Shown here: positions 12,101 through 22,800 of the stretch, piece after piece
How positions within the stretch are numbered: position 1 is the first letter of the stretch
How the letters are laid out: each line of letters starts with the position of its first letter
Assembly (NCBI GenBank): GCA_002269645.1
Contig: NIVC01000647.1
Location: 310,001-374,000, forward strand
Reading direction: 5' to 3'
Length of the DNA: 64,000 bases
Source of the DNA: Macrostomum lignano
Lineage: Eukaryota
The notes under the pieces: model-generated
The model's input: the letters and a program-made list of their open reading frames with translations, nothing else
Told to the model about the DNA's origin: nothing
Databases searched by the model: none
Made by a program: the position numbers and the translations under genes

Positions 12101-15082
12101 TAAGGTGGACAGCTCATGCATCGGGTTTAAGTTGGAGAACTTCTTTTGACCACTGACAACAGTTTGCTCAATAGTTGACTGTCACTACCTTCATCCCAGT
12201 CATGGAGATCAAGTATCAGGCTTTCCTCTTCTGAAATACAATTTTTTAACAATGTACAGGCAAAAAATGTACTGTAATATCTGTATTACAGAATTGTTAT
12301 AGCAAAATGGGACAGAAACATGAAAAATTGAAAATTTATGTTAAGACACGAACTGTTTGATGCTTAATTTGTTCTCTTCGCGCTAGAAAACCGGTCCACT
12401 AGCTACCATGGAATTCTGTTGCCATAGCAACTAAAGCACTCGCACACTTCTTACCCGTAGTCATAGCAACTAAATCACTCCCGATCTCACACCCGTCACC
12501 ATAGCAACCAAATCACTCCCGATCTCACACCCGTCACCATAGCAACTAAATCACTCCCGATCTCACACCCGTCACCATAGCAACTAAATCACTCCCGATC
12601 TCACACCCGTCACCATAGCAACTAAATCACTCCCGATCTCACATCCACCGCCATAGCAACCATAACATTTCCCGATCTCATATCCGTCGCCATAGCAACC
12701 AAAGCACTCTCGATCTCACATCCGTCGCCATAGAAACCAAAGCCCTCCCGATCTCATCCGTCGCCATGGCAACCATAACATTTCCCGATCTCATATCCGT
12801 CGCCATAGCAACTAAATCACTCCCGATCTCACATCCACCGCCATAGCAACCATAACATTTCCCGATCTCATATCCGTCGCCATAGCAACCAAAGCACTCC
12901 CGATCTCACATCCGTCGCCATAGAAACCAAAGCCCTCCCGAACTCACATCCGTCGCCATGGCAACCTAAGCACTATCGATCTCACACCCGTCGCCATAGC
13001 AACCAAAACACTGGTCGCTCACTCACCCGGGTCGCTGCCCAGCAGCCGGAGCCCGTAGAGGCCTGGCGCGATCTCGCTGACTGGCACGTCGTTGGCGCGA
13101 CCGGCCGGAGACCGCAGCTCCGCTCTGACGTCGCCGCCGCCCAGGCATCGAGCGTCCAGACGAGCCTCGGTGACGCGGCTGCTGCGCAGGCCGCTCGGCA
13201 CCTCCAGGCGGACGTCGTGCGGACTGCCGGGGTTGACTTCGACTGGCAGCGGCTCGGCGTCTGCGCCGGAAACGCTGACGGAGTGGCGGCCGGTCCACAC
13301 GGGGGTGAACTCCACGCGGAGACGGGAGTCGGTCAGCCAGGTGAGGTGCGGCTGCGGCCGGGAGTTGCGCGGACCCTCAACTTCGGCCACGACAGCCGAC
13401 TTGTCGTCAACTGGACGCGGCAGGTCCAGCAGCAGCCCACCGGCTGGTTGGGTGTCGGTGGCCCGAACTCTTCGCTGTCCAGACGGAGCCGGGCGCGCTG
13501 TGCCTGCGGAGGCGGCGGCGGAGGCGATGTCGGAATGTTCATCGACTGTCCGGCATCGATGACGTCCCCGGACGGTTCCGGACAGGCCCGCTCCAGCCTG
13601 GCAACGTAGGCCATCACGCCCAAATAGTCCACATCCTGGTTGGTGAACTCGTCTGGGGTGAGCACGTGCTCAACTCGGAACTCGGAATTCGCCCGCTCGA
13701 AGCATCGCTCAACTCGGTGCTTCGGCGTGTCGGCCGACAGCTCCGGCGGGGCGCCCATGGCGCGCAGGAGGCAGCAGAGCGCGTCGCCGTTGACCCAGTC
13801 GGTGGTGAAGTTGTCAACAGGCTGGCGGCCAACGGAGGCCAGCATTCGGTTGGCCCAGCGCAGGGTGGCGGCGTGACCCGGGGACTCCTGATTCATGAAA
13901 TACGACAGGTAGGTCATGGCGCTCAGCTCGTCCACGTGTGCTGAGCTCAGGTCCTCCGGCTGCATGATCTGCGGCACGTTGAACTTGGCCTTGGCCAGCA
14001 CCATGGCCGAGCGGCAGTTGGCCAGGCTGTGGAGGGGGTTGGTCGGTCACGTGACGTTTCTACTCATTCTTACAGCTGAATTGGAGCTTGAATACTAAAG
14101 CGGGGGTTGGCAAATTTTTTCACCTTCTTAAAGGCCAGATAAAGAGTCCAGCTCATGGCTGCGGGCCGGAGGAGAAAAGGAAAGGAGGGGGTGGAGAAGA
14201 GAGTGGAGGTAGGAGGAGATGAGAGAGAGGATAGAAGCGGCAAGCGGGAGAGAAAAGAGGGGAGAGAGGTGAGGGGGAGAGATGAGAGGAGGGAAGAGAG
14301 CTGAGAAAAGACACAAACCTTGAGCGGGCCGGATTGCTATTGTGAAGTCTCAAATAACCTGAAGGCAGGATAGAGAGGCTTAACTCAGATTAAATAGCAT
14401 CCAGCTTGAAAAAACTGGGTACCAATCTCGGTCAAGTCCTAGGAAACAAACTTTTAGTAACAAAAAATTGAAAACATTGATATAATCTCGCTGAATGTGA
14501 AGAAATAACAGCTATTTTTTTACATTCCTACTTTAAGTAGCAACTAATCAGCGTCTAAATTAAGTAGATTAAACTATTAAAAGAAGAGTAGACATTTGTA
14601 AAATGCGAAAATAAAACTCGAAACCAACAGCTGAATGAAATTGCTATTCGACTGGAGAGAGACAGACTGGCACAGGTTAGAGCAGAGCTCAGCCTGAGAG
14701 AATGAGAGGGCACTCACCCATTGTCCCTATGCAGCTGTCTCCAGTTCGCCGATGTGCCCGGCTCGCAGTAGTCCAGCAGTGCGCTGGAATGAAGTGAAAA
14801 TCTGCATTGAGCGAGAGCTGGGGTGTGCAGCGTCATATTATGACCACGAATTGTTTAGGAATGCCTTGCTGCCAGTGGGCTGGGCTTGCAGATAAAAAGT
14901 GAATGACAATGGGTTGAGTCTGTTTGCTCACTGTTCGGGCGGCGGTTGGGGAGGGGCAGCTACGGCTGCACAAGGGACCCACCCTGCTGACCCACCCAGC
15001 TCTGAGGGTCTGTGGGGGCGTCTCTGCGATTATTCCAGAGCATGAGTCTTCATTTCTAAATTTACATTTCCAGAATTTTTCA

Positions 15083-15128
<46 letters not shown>

Positions 15129-15129
15129 G

Positions 15130-15205
<76 letters not shown>

Positions 15206-15206
15206 T

Positions 15207-15296
<90 letters not shown>

Positions 15297-17071
15297 TGAT
15301 TGATAGATTGATAGATAGATAGATTGACTGATTGACTGATTGACGCAGACGGGCGCTCACTGCAGCGCGATCCCGCTATTCCAGTCGGTGGTGAAGTTGA
15401 TGATGTTCAGGCTGGGGATGACAGCCTGCACCCAGTACAGCATCAGCTTCTTGGACGGGATCTTGGAGGTCTTGCCGATCTGGTACTTGAGAATCATGTG
15501 CCACACCAGCCCGAGAATGAGCTTCACGTTCTCCTTGACGATGTCCTCGGCACCTGGGTAAGGGAAGGCAGATCAGGGTTGATGCTAAGGCCCAGAATCC
15601 CCTGCCTCATAGCCAATTCCCGCAATCCGTCATCTTCTCATGTCTCCCCTCTACAGCTGCTGCTTCGGCCTGTCCTCCGTATACATGTAGATCGCGAGTT
15701 CTAATTAATAATTAATTTGGGTAGGAGCCTACTTCGGGATAAATAAAACTTTGAAAGGGTAAGTATAAAGAGTAGGAAACAATGAAGTCTGTGGTCTGTT
15801 TAAACTGAGCCCTGTACAGTTGACTGCTAACAGCAGTACAGTGCTCACTGCAAACTATATTGCCCAGAAAGTGCAGCAGCGCTTCTAAACCTACTGAGGG
15901 CTATTGGGGGGGGGTTTCACGCCTGGGCGCGGCGAGGGGTTGGAGCGCACGAAGAACTGGAGAGATTTCTGCCCACGGCTGATCCCCAAAAAAATGGAAG
16001 GCCGAGAGAGTAGCACAGCGTGTGTCTGGTTGCTGCCCCCATGTAGGCGGATCCCCTTTCTGTGTACTCAACCACACTGGGACTTGGGAAACCAACCAAC
16101 TAAACCAACTAACTCACAATGTGCGCTCTGGATTGGCTCAACAAGAAATAGCACTGATAAAAGGTGACTTTGCTTCAAAATGCCCTTGCAGGAGTTGCGG
16201 TGGCGCTAAAATTTTGCTTGCCTTGCTTGCGGGGCTTACAGTCTTGCTTGCGGAGCTTACAGTCTTGCTTGCGGGGCTTACAGTCTTGCTTGCGGAGCCT
16301 ACAGTCTTGCTTGCGGGGCTTACAGTCTTGCTTGCAGGGCTTACAGTCTTACTTGCGGAGCTTACAGTCTTGCTTGCGGAGCTTACAGTCTTGCTTGCGG
16401 GGCTTACAGTCTTGCTTGCGTAGCTTACAGTCTTGCTTGCGGGGCTTACAGTCTTGCTTGCGGAGCCTACAGTCTTGCTTGCGGGGCTTACAGTCTTGCT
16501 TGCAGGGCTTACAGTCTTGCTTGCGGGGCTTACAGTCCTGCTTGCAGGGCTTACAGTCTTACTTGCGGAGCTTACAGTCTTGCTTGCGGAGCTTACAGTC
16601 TTGCTTGCGGGGCTTACAGTCTTGCTTGCGGAGCCTACAGTCTTGCTTGCGGGGCTTACAGTCTTGCTTGCGGGCTTACAGTCTTGCTTGCGGGGCTTAC
16701 AGTCTTGCTTGGGGCTATAGTGGCGCTACAATCTTACCGATATTCACTAGTCGGACATTGTCCTCAGCCAGAGCCTGCAGGGCCATGTTGATGTTTTCAA
16801 GTCGGTGATGCTCTGTCAGAGGCTTGTTTAGTCGGCCGAGTTTTCTGCCCTGCAAGGCTTCAACCAGTGGCACCAGTTTGGTGCCGTCCGCAAACCCGGT
16901 GACCAAAGTGTCAATGGGCTCCTTGCCCGCTGTGCTGAGGTTCTGGTTGACCCAGTTCAGAAACGTGTTGGCCTGCATGCCGACCCATTCGCCTTCAAGA
17001 CTGCCTGACAGGGAGATGGCCGCGTGGCCCTCCGGACTGCGGACGTCCGGGCTGGCTGGCGCGTCAGCCAT
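6116..17071 (-). CDS. jbug: Jitterbug/FLN-2-type filamin: 3 calponin-homology domains plus ~10 Ig-like filamin repeats, ~1340 aa, 10 exons
   Basis: Exons (minus): 17071-16738, 15553-15361, 14783-14718, 14026-13027, 11407-11133, 11007-10827, 10425-9868, 8803-8134, 7348-6840, 6357-6116. All junctions are GT-AG and phase-consistent apart from a 1-bp deficit near 13436-13438. CH1 [18 protein letters not shown]; CH2 [29 protein letters not shown]; CH3 [15 protein letters not shown]. Repeated GSPF filamin motifs. C-terminus [24 protein letters not shown] resembles jbug. Confidence 0.88.
6405..6822. repeat. 30-bp minisatellite filling filamin intron 9
   Basis: GCGCCACCCTCCGATACCCCAATGGGTTTG, ~14 copies. 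Confidence 0.95.
7395..8090. repeat. 42-bp and 21-bp (TTCTAATAGTTGCTATGCGGA) minisatellites in filamin intron 8
   Basis: Direct reading; both units share GTTGCTATGCGGA. Confidence 0.9.
9640..9825. repeat. ~44-bp tandem repeat (about 4 copies) in filamin intron 7
   Basis: CACTGATACATACTATTCCAGCTCAGCTCCAGTAGAAGAGAGGT. Confidence 0.9.
10435..10680. repeat. 26-bp minisatellite in filamin intron 6
   Basis: GGAGGTTGCTGGTTTGGTGCGATGTT and variants. Confidence 0.9.
11485..11645. repeat. ~22-bp repeat (GCGTACTTTTAGCAAAGTACAT) in filamin intron 4
   Basis: Direct reading. Confidence 0.85.
12405..13010. repeat. ~38-bp minisatellite in filamin intron 4, next to the donor
   Basis: CATAGCAACTAAATCACTCCCGATCTCACACCCGTCAC and variants, ~16 copies. 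Confidence 0.95.
15088..15342. repeat. (GATA)n microsatellite in filamin intron 2
   Basis: Direct reading. Confidence 0.95.
16215..16712. repeat. 21-bp minisatellite (CTTACAGTCTTGCTTGCGGGG) in filamin intron 1
   Basis: Direct reading, ~23 copies. Confidence 0.95.
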
Positions 17072-17761
17072 GAGTCAGCTGTGGGAGAGTCTAACAAGTG
17101 ATAATTAATAAATTAGTAGAATTATTTAAATTATTGTTAACTAAAAACTTCTGTTCAATAAAAATACAAAGTTCTAATATTACGGACTTCTTTACTGTTT
17201 CATCATGCAGCGGGAAAAATTGCTTATTCACTTGCTTAAAAGTACAAAATTACAGAAATATTTTTTAAATAAAATATATGGACGCAAACATATAGCTAAC
17301 TTACAGAAATTGCTTTAAATTTGATGCTAGAGTTTAATCGCTGACTATCCACGCTCGTTTGTAGCCAAGAAAAGTTTCTAAAGAATGAAACTAAATCGGC
17401 GCCAGTTTTTTACTTCGCAAAATTTTTTCTCACATAAACAAAATGTTTTTAATTTACTAAAATAAAAGTACAGTAAAGAACTAAAATCTGAAATACTTTT
17501 TTTTGCCAATTTTTTTTATAAAATGTAAAAACGTTTCAGAAATCGATTTTGTTGTTACTACCAAGCGTCATTTGCAGAATCAATTTCGAATTTGTGAAAC
17601 AATATTTCAATTTTACTAGCCATAGACATCTATATATCTATCTATCTATTAGCTATGTAAATACCGGTAGAAGAAACGTATATAATTCAGTCTCTGAAAG
17701 CTTGTCTAGAATATTGTTAATTTTTCTATGATTCAGCAGGTTGTACTGTTTTTACTTTAAA

Positions 17762-19505
17762 ATGCCGGTTGGTGCCAATAAAAAAGGCAGGGGAAAAGGC
17801 GGAAAGGGAGGAAAAAAGAAAGGAGCATCAGATGTAAGTGTTTTGCTTTGAACAGCTTTATGACATATCTTAATATGCAGATTTATAAAGTTAATTACTA
17901 CAATTTTTGTGTTTTAACGTTTGATTTAAATTCTAGTAAATTTTAATGTTCACAGACAACAATAAATTATTTAAATATTTAGAGCAGAGTAATAAAAAGA
18001 AAAAAGAAAATATTTTTTCATCATTTTTTGCTAATATTTTAAAATTCATAATTCATAATCTGAATTTTTATATGCACGCAGTCTAAATCATTTGTTCTTA
18101 CTGCATTGCGTGTCAATTAATATTTTTTGTACACAATAACAAAACAGATTATGATATTTAATTTACAATTTACATCTGAAATTACTGTAGCAAAATATGT
18201 CTGCAAACTAACATATTTGCAGTTATGTTAGCAAACTAATGGAAATGAATGGAAAAGTGGCTATTTTTTCCTTATTATGCTTCTTTCTAACCACCCAGAG
18301 CCTGGCAGTGGATCCAGTGAAGCTGATGAAGCAAATCCTCGCTGAGTACGAGTCGAAATGCTCGGAACTGGTGAGCGGAGTCTGCCCCAGTGTCCGACTG
18401 GCTATGCGTGAAGCCATCGAGCAGGAGAAGCTCATGTCTAAGGTGAGTCAGAAATGGGAAAACATTTTTTTAATATCAGAGAATCAAAGACATGAGAGGG
18501 TTATAGGGATGAGAGAGTCAGTGAGATGAGGGAGTCAGTGAGATGAGGGAGTCAGGGAGAAGAGAGAGTCAGAAAGATGAGAGTCCTAGAGATGAGAGAG
18601 TCATAGAGATGAGACAGTCATATAGATGAGACAGTCATATAGATGAGACAGTCATAGAGATAGGAGTCATAGAGATGATAGAGTCCGAGAGATGAGAGTC
18701 AAAGAGATGAGAGAGTCAAAGAGATGAGAGAGTCAGAGAGATAAGAGAGTTAGAGAGAGAGATGAGAGAGTCATAGAGATGAGTCATAGAGATGATAGAG
18801 TTCGAGAGATGAGAGAGTCATAGCGATGAGAGTCAGAGAGATGAGAGAACCTGTGAGATGAGAGAGTCAGAAAGATGAGAGTCAGAGAGATGAGAGAACC
18901 TGTGAGATGAGAGAGTCAGAGAGATGAGAGAGTGAGAGAGAAGAGAAAGTCAGTGAGATGAGACAGTCATAGAGATAAGAGTCATGGAGATGAGAGTCTG
19001 TGAGATAAGAGAGTAAGAAAGATGAGAGTCAGAGAGATGAGAGAGTCAGTGAGATGAAGGAGTCAGAGTCCCCAAGAAGTGCCAAGCAAGCCATTCCAAA
19101 TGATGCTGAAACCCCTCGCCCATCCCCAGTTCATCGTGTGCCCCCGAGACCGCAGCGAGTTCACTCGGTGGGCAGACGAGGATCTCATTGCGATGTTCGG
19201 GCCGCCTGAGATGCAGAAGACGCCAGAGAAGAAGAAGCCGACCTCAGCGGGCTCCGGCCGCTCCCGCTCTCGCAGCCAGTCGCGCAAGCGAGCTCAGAAA
19301 AAGGGCGAACCGGCAAGCGGGCAGGTTTTGATTGACAGGTTCGTCAAGAGGGAGCCGCCGCCCGCCGAGCCGAGGCCTCTGGCGCGGGTGCGGCCGCTGA
19401 TGGAGGCGCTCAGGGCCAAGCGGTACACCGGGATCTCCGCGCTGTACGTGTGGGACATGTGCCTGGACCTGATAGAGCTCAACTCCATTGTGAGTGATCG
19501 CTGCT

Positions 19506-19561
<56 letters not shown>

Positions 19562-19620
19562 CAGACAGACAGACAGGCAGACAGACAGACAGACAGACAG
19601 ACACAGACAGACAGACAGGC

Positions 19621-19717
<97 letters not shown>

Positions 19718-19720
19718 GGC

Positions 19721-19799
<79 letters not shown>

Positions 19800-19840
19800 A
19801 AGACAGACAGACAGAAAGACAGACAGACAGACAGACAGGC

Positions 19841-19879
<39 letters not shown>

Positions 19880-22800
19880 AAGACAGACAGACAGACAGAC
19901 AGAAAGACAGACAGACAGAAAGACAGACAGACAGAAAGACAGACAGACATTCCCCACCCCCCAACCTGCAGTCCAGCCTCATAGGCAAAGGCTTCTACGC
20001 CCTGACCAAGGTGGAGCTGATGGACTGCCTGCTGCAGCCGGACTCGCTGAAATCATTCGGCGACTCAACAAGAGCCTGCAGGACACTCACGGAGATCGTG
20101 CTGGACTTTAACGAGTGAGTCTTGCTATGCCCGAACCTCAGAAAAACTGAACGCAAAAGCACTGCGCTGTGTTTCAAAACCCTGACGTGCAGGTTTTCAG
20201 ACGATGGCTGCAAGGAGCTCTGCCGCGGGTTGATTGGCAACAAGTACTTGAAAACTCTCAGCCTGTGCTACTGCGATCTCACCTATCTCAGCGGAAAGTA
20301 CCTGGGCACTCTGCTCTGCCAATCGGCTGTCGTGTGAGCTGCTATTTTCACGTAGCTCATCCTCTCATAGTTGATGCTCAATTTACACTATACTACTATA
20401 AGCTATACTATAATAAGCGACTTATTAATAATAACCTACTATAAGGGACCTACGATTAGACCACACTCCAATCCACCCCCAATGCACCCGCCCAATCAAC
20501 CCCAACCCAACCAAAACCCACCCCATCAACACCCACCCTAATCAACCCCACCCCAATTAACACCCACCCCATCAACAGTTCAACACCCACCCCATCAATA
20601 CCCACCCCAATCCACCCGCCCAATCAACCCCAACCCAACCAACACCCAACCCAATCAATCCCCATCCAAATCAACGCCCACCCCGATCAACGCCTACCCC
20701 AACCAACACCCAACCCAATCAACGCCCACCCCAATCAGCACACACTTTAATCAACCACCACCACAATCAACCCCCACCCTAATCAACCCCCACCCCATTC
20801 AACCCTCACCCCAATAAACCCCCACCCAACCAAACCCTCACCTCAATATGGCATCACACGAGCTTTCTCAATAATTCAGCGACCTTTTCCTCGACGGCAA
20901 CGAGCTGGAGGCTGAAGGCGTCATCTACCTAGTTGACAGTCTGGCCGAATATGCGGAGGACGAGGCGAAACAACGCGAAGAGGAGGCGCAGCGGAAATTG
21001 CAGGAAGCTGCGGAGAAAGCGCTGCAGAGTGAGTTGGGGTGGGGTTGATTGGGGTGGGGGTTGATTGGGTTGGTGGTTGATTAAGGTGGGGTTGATTGGG
21101 TTGGTGGTTGATTGGGTTGGGGGTTGATTGGGTTGGTGGTTGATTGAGGTGGGGTTGATTGGGGTGGGGGTTGATTGGGGTGGGGGTTGATTGGGGTGGG
21201 GTTGATTGGGGTGGGGGTTGATTGGGGTGGGGGTTGATTGGGGTGGGGGTTGATTGGGGTGGGGGTTGATTGGGTCGGGGGTTGATTGGGGTGGGGGTTG
21301 ATTGGGGTGGGTGTTGTTTGGGTCGGGGGTTGATTGGGGTGGGTGTTGTTTGGGTCGGGGGTTGATTGGGGTGGGGGTTGATTGGGGTGGGGGTTGATTG
21401 GGGTGGGGGTTGATTGGGGTGGGGTTGATTGGGGTGGGGTTGATTGGGGTGGGGTTGATTGGGGTGGGGTTGATTGGGGTGGGGTTGATTGGGGTGGGGT
21501 TGATTGGGGTGGGGGTTGATTGGGGTGGGGGTTGATTGGGGTGGGGGTTGATTGAGGTGGGGGTTGATTGGGGTGGGGGTTGATTGGGGTGGGGGTTGAT
21601 TGGGGTGGGGGTGATTGGGTGGGCGCTGATTGGATGCAGCAAAAATGCAAGGTGACAGAACGATCAGTACACTGCACATGGCAGTACAAATGCAGCAGCG
21701 CCAACCACCTGGACCATTTTTCAGCACCCAAGGATCGGTACACCTACTCCACATCATCGCACATTTGCAGTACGAAAACTGGAGAAAACCTCTTGTATTC
21801 AATAGTATATTTTTCTCTACTAATTCAATTGCGAATTTCCATTTTTTCCATCTTCCTTACGTTGCTTTTGCGTAGATGTTTTGACGAATAGCATATAAAA
21901 TTTTGTGCCTTTACTTTTCGTTTCCAATCCGTTTAAAGAAATTTTCAAGGACTACTAATTTAGATGTCTTTCTTAGTTTTAGTTGCAAAATCCGATTTTC
22001 TCTACTGCAAGTAGAGTTTCATGCGCTTGTTTTCAACTTTCAGGCGCCTCAGAGGCCAAACCGGACTCAGCCAAATCTTCGAAGAGCGGCAAGAAGAAGG
22101 GCGGAAAGAAGGGCGGAAAGAAGGGCGGAAAGAAGGGCGGAAAGAAGGGCGGAAAGAAGGGCGGAAAGAAAGGTGAGCTCTAAAGAAAATTTATGGGCAT
22201 GACAACTCTAGTGCAGTGACAGTGATTTATGTACACCTTGTACTTTTTCATGTTCAAATTTCTGCAGACGAAGAAAGCGATGCTGAGGGTAAACAAAAGC
22301 TATGAAAGTCAAATTTCAAATCAGAATTGTCTTTTTTTAGATTTTTAATAACATTTTCTGCGATTAAGTTGAACTCTCTGCTTGCTAATAGATTCTATTG
22401 CAGAAATATTGATGAATAATTTCTTTTCGATGTTTCAGCGCTCGCTTAGTCGGGTAAATATTAAAGATTGTTTTTCAATTATTTGCTAAAATTTACCGCC
22501 CTTTTGCGTTACTGACTACTGGTGCAAGTAGCACAAATACCAGTTACGTTTTCTATTTTTAAAATTTTATAACTTCAAGTAATTTTTTTTCTCACTTCGC
22601 AAACAGATGGCACGTTTTTTTACGACCAATATTACCTGTTAAAAACATTAATTATAAGTTCCTCTCCTTTAGATATTAATAATAGGTTTACCTACTAAAG
22701 TACATTCTCAACCCTGGATTCCCAGGTCGCAGGAAGAAGCCCGTCGAGCGGCCAGCAATCGAACCGGTAATCCGGAAGCTCCACCTGGCCGACAACGGAA

